Notes under the pieces: model-generated
Told to the model about the DNA's origin: nothing
The model's input: the letters and a program-made list of their open reading frames with translations, nothing else
Database searches by the model: none
Virus record (IMG/VR): IMGVR_UViG_3300020037_002115
From: a virus
Length of the DNA: 38,496 nucleotides
Strand: one strand, 5' to 3'
Part shown: positions 15,764 to 24,259 of the stretch, piece after piece
How positions within the stretch are numbered: position 1 is the first letter of the stretch
Layout: each line of letters begins with the position of its first letter
Program-made: the position numbers and the translations under genes

Positions 15764-16531
15764 TTAATATAAATCTAGCTCGCCAATTGCTGAAACTAGC
15801 GGAGTCCCTGCGCTTACGTCTACAACAGCAGTTACTAAAGTCTTTTCTGGGATTAACAATCCAGTTCCAAAATCAAATTCAATGTAACCTTTATTAAAAG
15901 CTGTAACGTCTAATGCCGCTTGACCAATAGCTTTAACCCGAACAACTCCAGTTGAGCTTTGAGTCTTAATATAAACCCACATATCACCTGTACTTGACCT
16001 TGCGTAAACCCTAACACTCTTAAGCATCCCTTGAGTATCAGCAGGAACCGTATAGACAAAATCAGCCGATTCTCCCTGAGACTCTACAACAGCTTGAATT
16101 GAACTTTTTACAGCAGCGCCCGATATAGCCCTTACATCAATCTTTCCAGCATTAACCAATCCAGACCCAGCAGTAAGTACCGTAGTCTTATTAATCGCAA
16201 TTGCTGTTGTATTTGTTAATGGAACTGGAGTTGTACCATTTAAGGTAACGGTTTCAGTAAAAGGGACATAAGTACTAAGTAAGCCCTCAACCTTAACCGT
16301 TCTAGCCCCTGTTCCTGCTGCTGCATCATTAGCAGAAGCAGATACAACTTCCATCGGAGTCGCTGCTGTTAGCTGGACATAAGAAGTAGCACCGCCTGAC
16401 CAGAGGGTTGAAGCAGTAGTTGATACTGAAGGATTATATCCAATAATATTAACCTGCGCTTTCCCCGCCCCTGTTTGACCAAAAGCAATCGAAGGCAAAA
16501 GACACAGTAAAAATAAAATCTTCTTAATCAC
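15764..16531 (-). CDS. exported beta-rich protein (255 aa)
   Basis: It has a signal peptide MIKKILFLLCLLPSIAFG|QTG. The GTG start overlaps the upstream stop (TAGTG). The mature part is Thr/Ala/Val-rich. Confidence 0.6.
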   Translation of the reverse strand: MIKKILFLLCLLPSIAFGQTGAGKAQVNIIGYNPSVSTTASTLWSGGATSYVQLTAATPMEVVSASANDAAAGTGARTVKVEGLLSTYVPFTETVTLNGTTPVPLTNTTAIAINKTTVLTAGSGLVNAGKIDVRAISGAAVKSSIQAVVESQGESADFVYTVPADTQGMLKSVRVYARSSTGDMWVYIKTQSSTGVVRVKAIGQAALDVTAFNKGYIEFDFGTGLLIPEKTLVTAVVDVSAGTPLVSAIGELDLY

Positions 16532-16731
16532 TATTTTCCTTCCTCTTCAGGCGCTTCTTTAGGTCTCGGCAATATCTTTGCATCCTGCAATTCTTTTATG
16601 TACCCATTAATCGCTCTAATATTAACATCATGGTTAAAGAGGATTTGTTCCACTTTAGCTGGATCTAGCCGCTTATCTTCAAGTTGAAGTGTGCAGCCGG
16701 AGAGTAGTAGTGCTAGGAGTAGGTGTTTCAT
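16531..16731 (-). CDS. small lipoprotein (66 aa)
   Basis: I chose ATG 16731, giving TAATG overlap with the upstream stop. The lipobox is MKHLLLALLLSG|C. Confidence 0.65.
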   Translation of the reverse strand: MKHLLLALLLSGCTLQLEDKRLDPAKVEQILFNHDVNIRAINGYIKELQDAKILPRPKEAPEEEGK

Positions 16732-17465
16732 TAGCGACAGCCCCACCGTGAGCTTGATCCAGCAGTGTGTACAGCCTTAAAGCAAACTGCGGAAGCTCCG
16801 GCAGCTACTGAAAAGCCAGCGCCGTCAGCTAAAGAGTTTATCCCGTCATCGGCATCGGCTGGGTAAACAAGTAGAGCGTTTGCCCCTCGATTAATTACGT
16901 TTACTGTATACCCTGCGGTTGTTCCTGTATCGAATAGCTTAACACCTGTGCCCGAAGCTGTAGTAGTAACTCGATTAGTAACAGAAGTTAGCTGAAGTGC
17001 ATCTGCTACTGTTGTTCCTGTGGCTGTTAAACCATCAGCGGCAGATTGTGCAACCGCAGTACTAGCCTTCGTCAAAACAATATTCCCCCCATTCGTCGCG
17101 TCTTGGGTGAGGGCGCCGTTTGTACTATCAATCGTCCAGCGAGTAAGTGAATTAGCTCTTAGTATTAGGGAAGTCGCGGTGCTTGTACCTAAAATCATAG
17201 TACCAGCAGACAATATGTTTGGCCCTGCCCCGAAAACAACATCTCCTTTTAGATATAAGCTTCTAAAGTTCTTACTAGCCGACCCTAAGTCAATCGCATT
17301 GTCGGTCAATGGAATAATACTAGCAGTAATAGCCGTCCCATACTGAGCATCAATCTCAGCAGCTAAAGCCCCAGGCATTCCAAGCCCCATCAAATCACTG
17401 ACATTATCAGCATAAGCATTAGCCGTATAAAATAACGCTAACAAAGATATTAAAATTCGTTTCAT
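16731..17465 (-). CDS. exported fibre-like protein (244 aa)
   Basis: It has a signal peptide MKRILISLLALFYTANAYA|D. The motif IIPLTDNAIDLGSASKNFRSLYLKG resembles a recurring tail-fibre motif. A Cys pair lies at the C-terminus. Confidence 0.55.
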   Translation of the reverse strand: MKRILISLLALFYTANAYADNVSDLMGLGMPGALAAEIDAQYGTAITASIIPLTDNAIDLGSASKNFRSLYLKGDVVFGAGPNILSAGTMILGTSTATSLILRANSLTRWTIDSTNGALTQDATNGGNIVLTKASTAVAQSAADGLTATGTTVADALQLTSVTNRVTTTASGTGVKLFDTGTTAGYTVNVINRGANALLVYPADADDGINSLADGAGFSVAAGASAVCFKAVHTAGSSSRWGCR

Positions 17466-17477
17466 GTCTTAAACCCT

Positions 17478-17499
17478 AAAAAAGGGGTCTTTCGACCCC
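17478..17499 (-). terminator. intrinsic terminator after the 165-aa gene
   Basis: The minus strand reads GGGGTC-GAAA-GACCCC-TTTTTT: a 6-bp GC stem, a GAAA tetraloop and a T6 tract. Confidence 0.8.
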
Positions 17500-17505
17500 A
17501 TCTAA

Positions 17506-18003
17506 TTAAGCAGTTACTTTGATTATCGCTGAGCTAGACTGAAGCTCTGCTGAGGCTTGAGCGCCACCAACTAAAGTCAATCCGACAACTCCACCAAGTA
17601 TCTTGGTTGCTGAATCATCAGCTACCCCTGCTGTTGCAGTTGTATTAACTACTGCAAAAGCTGCATAGTTAGCTGAGAATAGGCCTTTGATGCCTGAACC
17701 AGTTCCACCGCCTGCTTCACCACCTACCCAGACCCAACCGTAATCACCAGATGCAAACGCAACCTGAGCAACTCCGATTTGAGCACTAGCTGCATAAGTT
17801 GTAGTTGTTAGCTCGGCTGTGTCGCCTTCGCCATCAATACCAACCCAAGCATACTGAGCAATCGCAGCACTAGCTTTAACAAATACCCATTGGCCCCTTT
17901 TATCAGAACCAACATCTAACAACTTAGCAGGGAATCCACCAGGCGCAGTCGTAGCCGTCCAAGTTCTTGTGCTATCTACTCCAAAACTTCCAGAATGTGA
18001 CAT
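17506..18003 (-). CDS. head decoration / cement protein candidate (165 aa)
   Basis: It lies immediately downstream of the major capsid gene. It is Gly/Ala/Val-rich and beta-like, and is flanked by terminators. Confidence 0.4.
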   Translation of the reverse strand: MSHSGSFGVDSTRTWTATTAPGGFPAKLLDVGSDKRGQWVFVKASAAIAQYAWVGIDGEGDTAELTTTTYAASAQIGVAQVAFASGDYGWVWVGGEAGGGTGSGIKGLFSANYAAFAVVNTTATAGVADDSATKILGGVVGLTLVGGAQASAELQSSSAIIKVTA

Positions 18004-18020
18004 AAAATAATCCTCTCTTA

Positions 18021-18050
18021 AAAATTAAACAGGGGGCTATTAACCCCCCT
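18021..18050 (-). terminator. intrinsic terminator after the major capsid gene
   Basis: The minus strand reads AGGGGG-GTTAATAG-CCCCCT followed by GTTTAATTTTT. Confidence 0.6.
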
Positions 18051-18054
18051 CAAA

Positions 18055-19029
18055 TTACGGTGCTAAAACAACCTGCAAAGCTGGAGCTGAGCAACAAAGA
18101 TTTCCTTCAACAATAATAACTGTGAAGAAAGCATCTTGATCAACTGGTCTAGCCATTGTCGGAGCAAGAGGTTTAAAGTCTGCGCCGGATTGAAGATCGA
18201 AACTCCAATATTTAGTTTGTAGTAAGCGAATCGAGTTGGTTTCTAATCCTGCTGAAACAGAACTAGGGCCACCGTATCCACCACCAAGAACAATCTCAAT
18301 GCCGTCATAGAAAAGATTTCTACCACCAGCTTTAAGCTTCTTGTCAGTATCTCCTGTAATTCTTTGAATTGCTGTTAAGCTTGAATGTAACAACTTCCAA
18401 GCTGTGTTATCAGCAAGACCTAAATCACAGACATCGTCACCTCTTACAGTTGAGCTAATCCCTTCAGTAATATTTTCTTGAATATTAGCTGCGGTCAAAG
18501 TAACTGTAGTTGAAAGGTTTCTTGCGAAAAGGTTTGTTCTCGATTGACCGCCGTAACTACCGCTTGAAGGGGTAGTGCTAACAGCTTTGCGAATACCATC
18601 AAATTCAAGTCCACCGAATCCAGTACCTAAACCATTCAAGGAGGTATTAACTGTATTCTTAAGTCTTGCTCTTGCTGCTTTGATCTTAGTCTCAGCTAAG
18701 TCAATTAGCTGCATATCGCCTTGGTTAGCGCGTTTTTCACGCCCTGACATTGTAACAGGCTCATAGCACTGTTTAATGCCAAACACGAAAGCGGTTAAAT
18801 CATCAATTGCATCTAGGTTAAAGCTAGAATATCCAGAATAGAAACCACCAACAGCAGTATCATTATACAATACTGGTTTGCGGATTTCATACCCAAGATT
18901 CTTACGTCTGATTTCGCCATTATTTTCAATGTAACGTAACAACGCATTGTTGCGCGTAATCTCGTCAGCTATTTCGTCAGTTTGATCCCACAGTGTTGCA
19001 ACTATGGTTTGCTCTATATTTACGGCCAT
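18055..19029 (-). CDS. major capsid protein (324 aa)
   Basis: It follows the scaffold-like gene, has a strong SD (AAAGGAG) and is followed by a terminator. Size and N-terminal helix pattern are typical of HK97-fold coats. Confidence 0.7.
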   Translation of the reverse strand: MAVNIEQTIVATLWDQTDEIADEITRNNALLRYIENNGEIRRKNLGYEIRKPVLYNDTAVGGFYSGYSSFNLDAIDDLTAFVFGIKQCYEPVTMSGREKRANQGDMQLIDLAETKIKAARARLKNTVNTSLNGLGTGFGGLEFDGIRKAVSTTPSSGSYGGQSRTNLFARNLSTTVTLTAANIQENITEGISSTVRGDDVCDLGLADNTAWKLLHSSLTAIQRITGDTDKKLKAGGRNLFYDGIEIVLGGGYGGPSSVSAGLETNSIRLLQTKYWSFDLQSGADFKPLAPTMARPVDQDAFFTVIIVEGNLCCSAPALQVVLAP

Positions 19030-19075
19030 TTAAAAAACTCCTTTGGATTAAAAAATCTTTGGGAGTTTAGGTAAA

Positions 19076-20155
19076 CTAGCTGCTAAACTTTGCAGCGTTA
19101 CGCTCTAGGGACTCCCGCGTTGAATTAGATTTATACTGGGGAGAGCCAGAACCAAGGCTGCCAGATGCAGATTTGGACGCAGCTTTTGCAGCTCTTACGC
19201 GTTCCATCTGCTCGTGAATATCTTCAGGCTTTGAGTTTTGAGTCGCCGCTTGTTGCGGGGAGGACATTAAACTGGAGAAAGCCGGATTGTTAGCTATAGC
19301 CCTTTCGTAAGCTTTCTCTAGTAACTGTGATGTTGAGCCTTGAAATTGTTTAAATTGCAAGTATTCAACCTCTTCAGCAACGGCATTCTCAATCTGAGCT
19401 GCCGTTCCAGGATCGCTCTTGAAGATAGGCTTGCTATCTATGAACGAATATAACGCATTTGCGTTCTGTTCTGCAATACTAGATTGTTGTTGAAGCTTAA
19501 ATAAATTTTGAGCCTTTTCTTCAGCTATCTTTTCAGCATCTTCCCTAGTCAAATATTCAGGTTTTACTGGCTCAGACTTATGGTTTACTAAGTCCTCAGC
19601 CTTATATCCGTGCGCTTCTAAGAATTCTAGCGCACCATCAATCCCCTCTTTGACTCGCTTATCCCAAGCAATCGAGCGCCTTACTAAGTCAGGAATAGCA
19701 ATACCTTGTCTAGTATATTCTTCTCTAATCTCTGGGCTAACTGCTCCAATTAAATCTCCTACTTCTTTTTCTTTTTGGGTTAGCTCAGCCATTCGACGGT
19801 TAAAAGTAGTATCAGTCTCATGCCCGCGCCTTGCTAAGAATTTCTTACCTTCAGGCGTTAGCGCACCCCAGGCCTTTCGCTCTTCCTCGTTCATTCCTTT
19901 AGGAGCTAGGATAACTTGCTGATTCTCCCCATTAACAAAACTCTTGTTTTGAGCTGGAGTAGTTTGATCGCCTACAACTGGCTTAACATCTAAGTCTTTA
20001 GTCTTACCAACCTCTTCAGGCGCATCAGACTCTTTTAAGTTCTTCTCAATTGATTTTCTTAGCGAAGAGGTTTTCTCAACCCTCTCAACTTTAGAATCAG
20101 GAATTACCACTGGCTCAGTTTTAGTTACTTCTGTATTTACGCTATTGTTTTCCAT
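19076..20155 (-). CDS. scaffolding protein candidate (359 aa)
   Basis: It is a charged, helical, Glu/Lys/Gln-rich protein directly upstream of the capsid gene. I preferred ATG 20155 over the track start TTG 20170. Confidence 0.55.
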   Translation of the reverse strand: MENNSVNTEVTKTEPVVIPDSKVERVEKTSSLRKSIEKNLKESDAPEEVGKTKDLDVKPVVGDQTTPAQNKSFVNGENQQVILAPKGMNEEERKAWGALTPEGKKFLARRGHETDTTFNRRMAELTQKEKEVGDLIGAVSPEIREEYTRQGIAIPDLVRRSIAWDKRVKEGIDGALEFLEAHGYKAEDLVNHKSEPVKPEYLTREDAEKIAEEKAQNLFKLQQQSSIAEQNANALYSFIDSKPIFKSDPGTAAQIENAVAEEVEYLQFKQFQGSTSQLLEKAYERAIANNPAFSSLMSSPQQAATQNSKPEDIHEQMERVRAAKAASKSASGSLGSGSPQYKSNSTRESLERNAAKFSS

Positions 20156-20471
20156 GAAATGCCCTATCAATTAAGTTTTGTTTAATTCTTTGACTCAATG
20201 CCCTATCTTCATCTCTCGCTCTTTCTGCTTCTACTCTGTCATAGCCGCCATTCTCGTATTCATTACCAACTTCAATCATACCATGCTGTCTATAATGTTT
20301 TCTTAACTCAGATTTGGAAGTAAAATACATCTTCCCATCAATCGGAGATTTAGTAAGCGGCATTGTATCTTCAATCACAAAGTGCGACTTAGGAGCTTCT
20401 TCCCACTTATCCTCACGCAATACAACTTTACCTTGCGCCTTATCCCATACCCAGATTTCTCTATTGCTCAT
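20142..20471 (-). CDS. hypothetical protein (109 aa)
   Basis: ATG 20471 is preceded by SD AGGGAG at 6 nt spacing. Confidence 0.6.
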   Translation of the reverse strand: MSNREIWVWDKAQGKVVLREDKWEEAPKSHFVIEDTMPLTKSPIDGKMYFTSKSELRKHYRQHGMIEVGNEYENGGYDRVEAERARDEDRALSQRIKQNLIDRAFHGKQ

Positions 20472-20832
20472 TTTCTTCTCCCTCATCTAGCATTATCAAC
20501 ATCATTAGCATTTCAACCCTTTTTACATTTTCAACCTGAATCGCCTTAGCTTTATATTCCTTGACTAAATCCCTAGCACTAACAACTTGTGGCAGCGCTA
20601 CAACCTCTAGCAACTCCTTAACTTCATCACCTTTAAAATTACGCTCTAGCGTATCTCTTAAAGTATCCTTATTTAATTTCCTTACTAGCTTAGGCTTCTC
20701 ATCTTGCTGCTTAAGAATCCACTTTAACAGCGCCTCTTCCTCATTAACTCGCTTTCTTTTTTTGGGAATCGAGTCTAGTGCATCGCCTCCATCGTGCGAG
20801 TCATAGCCAAGAAAATAAAAGAAAAAGCTCAT
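20461..20832 (-). CDS. hypothetical charged protein (123 aa)
   Basis: ATGA-coupled to the upstream gene. Confidence 0.6.
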   Translation of the reverse strand: MSFFFYFLGYDSHDGGDALDSIPKKRKRVNEEEALLKWILKQQDEKPKLVRKLNKDTLRDTLERNFKGDEVKELLEVVALPQVVSARDLVKEYKAKAIQVENVKRVEMLMMLIMLDEGEENEQ

Positions 20833-21317
20833 TGAGGATATCTCATTAAAAACGAATCAAGCCCCAAATCGCTTTTTCCGTAAGGACCAACCACCTGACT
20901 AAACAACTCCTCGTCATTCCTAACAACAATGAGCCTAGCAGTCCTAATACTATTATCATTGCTTAAATCCATTAAAATCCTGCGCCTTTTCGTGTAATCA
21001 GCTAAAATAATCTCTTTAAACAAATCCTCAATCTCTGCTTGCTCTCGACCTGGAAATCTACTCTTTAATTTCACCCAATGGTTTAAACTATCTTGAGGCA
21101 TATACCACTTTAGCAAAATTGGATGATGCTCTAGCACGATCCCCTGCTCAGGCAAGAAAAAGTCAGCTCTATACTTTCCAATTAACTGTCTTTGATACGT
21201 TGCTCCTTCTATTATCTTTACGTTCAATTCACGTTCAAGAATTGTTGCCACTCTTTTTTCAGCCAAAGAATCCCACGTTATTTCATTTAACGCAGGGTGT
21301 TTGGCTAATGGCATCAT
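20829..21317 (-). CDS. possible PD-(D/E)XK (DUF559/Vsr-like) nuclease-fold protein (162 aa)
   Basis: LAEKRVATILE...YRADFFLPEQGIVLEHH resembles the E...D...E-x-(K/H) core of DUF559-type proteins. The call rests on motif memory only. Confidence 0.35.
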   Translation of the reverse strand: MMPLAKHPALNEITWDSLAEKRVATILERELNVKIIEGATYQRQLIGKYRADFFLPEQGIVLEHHPILLKWYMPQDSLNHWVKLKSRFPGREQAEIEDLFKEIILADYTKRRRILMDLSNDNSIRTARLIVVRNDEELFSQVVGPYGKSDLGLDSFLMRYPQ

Positions 21318-21481
21318 GTTTCTTTTTGCTGCCTCTTTTGTAACTCCTGATTAATGACATTAATTTGTTGGTGTATCATTTGTAGTTGTTGCTGCAACGG
21401 TTCTCTTTGCAAAAATAAATCACCTATTGCTGCTTTTAATTCTAATTCAGTAAACTCTTCAATCTTTTTTTGTTCGCTCAT
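21314..21481 (-). CDS. small coiled-coil protein (55 aa), not in the ORF track
   Basis: Hand-translated: MSEQKKIEEFTELELKAAIGDLFLQREPLQQQLQMIHQQINVINQELQKRQQKET. It has TAATG overlap upstream and ATGA overlap downstream. Confidence 0.5.
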   Translation of the reverse strand: MSEQKKIEEFTELELKAAIGDLFLQREPLQQQLQMIHQQINVINQELQKRQQKET

Positions 21482-21666
21482 TACTCAACCCCTACTAGCC
21501 TAGCCTCTTCAATTTGCGCTGCAATCTCATCCTTTTGAGCTTGCAACCTATCTATCTGCGCTTGAACAAACTGCTTTCTTCTTTTTAGTTCAACAATCTT
21601 TACAGTCCTAACAACAGGAGCTTCTGTTACTTCAATTGTTTCATTATCTATTTTTGTAATTGCCAT
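21481..21666 (-). CDS. small coiled-coil protein (61 aa)
   Basis: I chose ATG 21666, which lies 1 nt after the upstream TAA. The track start at 21684 is GTG. Confidence 0.55.
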   Translation of the reverse strand: MAITKIDNETIEVTEAPVVRTVKIVELKRRKQFVQAQIDRLQAQKDEIAAQIEEARLVGVE

Positions 21667-21667
21667 A

Positions 21668-23179
21668 TTAATCCCAATATCCACTAATACCTATTTGTCC
21701 GTCTAAAACACCAGAACTAATTAAAGCAGCAACATGTTTAGTTCTAATCCCAACTGCAACAAAACAACCATTAGGTACAACTAATGGAGTTTCTAAACTA
21801 ATTGCCGATTGCCCTGTCCTCGTCGCTACCGTTCCAACTGCTGCCGCTGCAGCTATTTGGTCATAAAGTGGAAGCGGTAAAATTCTAGGAGAAATAGTTC
21901 CTAGTGCTGTTGTCCCTGCTGCATCCGTAGTAGCCAACGAAATTGCATTATGTCCGGTAGCTATGAACCATCCCCAAACTGCACCGCCACCAACTAACAC
22001 CGTAGAGACAACTAAAGGACTAATCATAATATCGGTTATGACTAAATTTCTTGCATCAAGAGCTGCTCCCGCTGCTTCGGGCATTAATGGGTTTTGGTAT
22101 GACGAAACAATTATATTAGTATGCTCTGCTGCTACTATAGAAGCACCGTTCATTCTAAAATAACCGCCAAGCCCTGTAATTACTGGAGTTGTGGTGTTGT
22201 TACCAGTAGTAGCAGTTGGAGCGGTAGCAGAAGCTTGAATTAAAGCGGTATTACCGTTTGTAGCAGTCTGGCCAGCTTGCCCCTGGTTAGAATGTCTCCC
22301 CATTAAAGCCTGTCTAGTTGGTAATGGGATATCAGCTTCAAAACCGTAACGAACTACGTTGACGTTTGCAAAGTCAAATACAGGGGCTGAAGCAGGGGCT
22401 GAACCACCATTAAATTCTCTTATAAAAATCGGATAGCCGTTAGCCTTAGTCACACCAGGCGCATCCGATTGTCTTACTATCTCCGCTACATATGCCCCAT
22501 CTATCCAGAACTCTACTCTCTCTTGTGAAACTTGAACTTCATATCTCTTAACAGCAGAATCAGAATAAGGAACGCCACCATTTATATTTACTGTTACAGT
22601 AGTCGGTGCACCACCAGCAGAATATTCAAGTACTCCAATTAAAGCGCCAGCCTGAGTCCATCTAAAACCCATGAACTCATTACATGCTGCTGCTTGGTTA
22701 GCTGCGATATCATAATAACCAAAACCAAAATCTACTTGCTTGTTTGAAATCGCACCTTGTGTGTGTCTTACATGCGCCGAAAGTGACAACGTACATTTTG
22801 CCTCAATAGGGAAAATCCTATGCGAGAAAATTACAGCACCAGTATTTATTGTTGTAATAGCCGAGTTATTGAAACGCAAAAAACCAGCGTTTAACGCTAA
22901 CGTCATTGTTGTAGTTTGCTGATTGTATTGGTTGTTGATTAACGCACCAGCCGCCGCGCCGTTAAAGTTAGTGTGAAATAGTAATCTTCCTTGCCTAACT
23001 TCTAAACCACCCTCCTCTGAGATATTTGCTTCTCTTGAAGTTGCGGCATCTCTTAAGTAATTAAGCCTAGAAAGACCAGATTGTGTTCCTGTAGTCGGTA
23101 AATTAACTCTGGCATTGTCATTGCCGTCCGTTTTTAATTCGCCACTTGTGGACGATAAAGCTATTTTTGCTCCTGCCAT
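21668..23179 (-). CDS. large beta-rich virion protein, fibre/spike candidate (503 aa)
   Basis: The call rests on composition and position next to fibre-like genes. No motif was recognised. Confidence 0.3.
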   Translation of the reverse strand: MAGAKIALSSTSGELKTDGNDNARVNLPTTGTQSGLSRLNYLRDAATSREANISEEGGLEVRQGRLLFHTNFNGAAAGALINNQYNQQTTTMTLALNAGFLRFNNSAITTINTGAVIFSHRIFPIEAKCTLSLSAHVRHTQGAISNKQVDFGFGYYDIAANQAAACNEFMGFRWTQAGALIGVLEYSAGGAPTTVTVNINGGVPYSDSAVKRYEVQVSQERVEFWIDGAYVAEIVRQSDAPGVTKANGYPIFIREFNGGSAPASAPVFDFANVNVVRYGFEADIPLPTRQALMGRHSNQGQAGQTATNGNTALIQASATAPTATTGNNTTTPVITGLGGYFRMNGASIVAAEHTNIIVSSYQNPLMPEAAGAALDARNLVITDIMISPLVVSTVLVGGGAVWGWFIATGHNAISLATTDAAGTTALGTISPRILPLPLYDQIAAAAAVGTVATRTGQSAISLETPLVVPNGCFVAVGIRTKHVAALISSGVLDGQIGISGYWD

Positions 23180-23183
23180 AAAT

Positions 23184-23993
23184 TTATATTCCTATACACA
23201 TAATATCATAATCGCCTTTTGCTTCTGGCTCCGAATAAAGCGTAACTGTAAAACCTGTTCCAGCTACTAAATCAGAAACAACGGGCTTAAAATCTAAAAG
23301 TCTCATTTCATCAGGATCAACGCCCGAAGGGGTTTTTACTGTTACAGAGATTTCACTTGTACTCGTGACCCAAGCTTGACCAGTAACAACCGTTTGCGCC
23401 TTGTCTGTAAATGATGCTCCAAAAGCCAAAGTGGTAGTTACAGAATTTCCACCGCCGCCGCTAAGTGTTTCAATCTTGTCATAGATTGCATTTTTGGTTG
23501 GAAACTCTAAGTTATTATCCCAGCTTGCCGAGTAAGGGTCATCTAATCCCGTAACTGGCAAATCCCAAGCGGCTGTAACACCGTCAAAGTAAAAATACCT
23601 TACGCCATACTGCTTAAAGCCTAAGACACCGCCATCAAGTTCTAGCCCATTATCATCTGCCAGCCTTGTTAATAGAGCATCTAACTGTAATATTCCTGAA
23701 CCAAGCGTGGATGTGACGGAATTAGTCCAGACGACACCGCCGTCATCAACCCACATATTAGAGTTGATATTCAACTGAATAGAACTTGAGGCATCTATCG
23801 TAATTACGCCGCCCCAAGTGTGAGCGTTTGTCCAATTAAAAGCAGCCGCTTGATTAACGGCAGCTAAAACAGCGCCAGTAGTTGGACTAATCGTGAGCGT
23901 GGTGTCTGAGGCCGAGACTGAGGTTACTGGATAGACAGGTGGAGGATTTACCTTGTCTAAATTTCCAGTAAAAGGATTGAAAACAAAGCCCAC
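23184..23993 (-). CDS. tail fibre / collar-like protein (269 aa)
   Basis: The N-terminus MGFVFNPFTGNLD resembles a recurrent fibre N-terminal motif. It has a GTG start with TAGTG overlap. Confidence 0.4.
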   Translation of the reverse strand: MGFVFNPFTGNLDKVNPPPVYPVTSVSASDTTLTISPTTGAVLAAVNQAAAFNWTNAHTWGGVITIDASSSIQLNINSNMWVDDGGVVWTNSVTSTLGSGILQLDALLTRLADDNGLELDGGVLGFKQYGVRYFYFDGVTAAWDLPVTGLDDPYSASWDNNLEFPTKNAIYDKIETLSGGGGNSVTTTLAFGASFTDKAQTVVTGQAWVTSTSEISVTVKTPSGVDPDEMRLLDFKPVVSDLVAGTGFTVTLYSEPEAKGDYDIMCIGI

Positions 23994-24256
23994 TAAGTCC
24001 TCGCTGCTGAAATTAAGATTTGCTTAGTAACTGCATCTGAGTAAGTTAGCGTAATAGTTCCAACCGTAGTCCCTCCACTCCCTCCGGTTTTAAAAGTGTA
24101 AACTTCGGTTGAAGTTGTGGGATATGTTATAGCTACATAGTCATAATCCTGTAGCGCAAAACCAGAAGTAACAACTTGAACCTGAGAACTATCAGACTTA
24201 GTAATACTAGTCGCAGTAAACGACGCTCCTTGGTTTGGCAAATACTGATTAGCCAC
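23993..24256 (-). CDS. hypothetical small virion-module protein (87 aa)
   Basis: GTG start with SD GAGGGA 6 nt upstream. Confidence 0.55.
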   Translation of the reverse strand: MANQYLPNQGASFTATSITKSDSSQVQVVTSGFALQDYDYVAITYPTTSTEVYTFKTGGSGGTTVGTITLTYSDAVTKQILISAART

Positions 24257-24259
24257 TTA

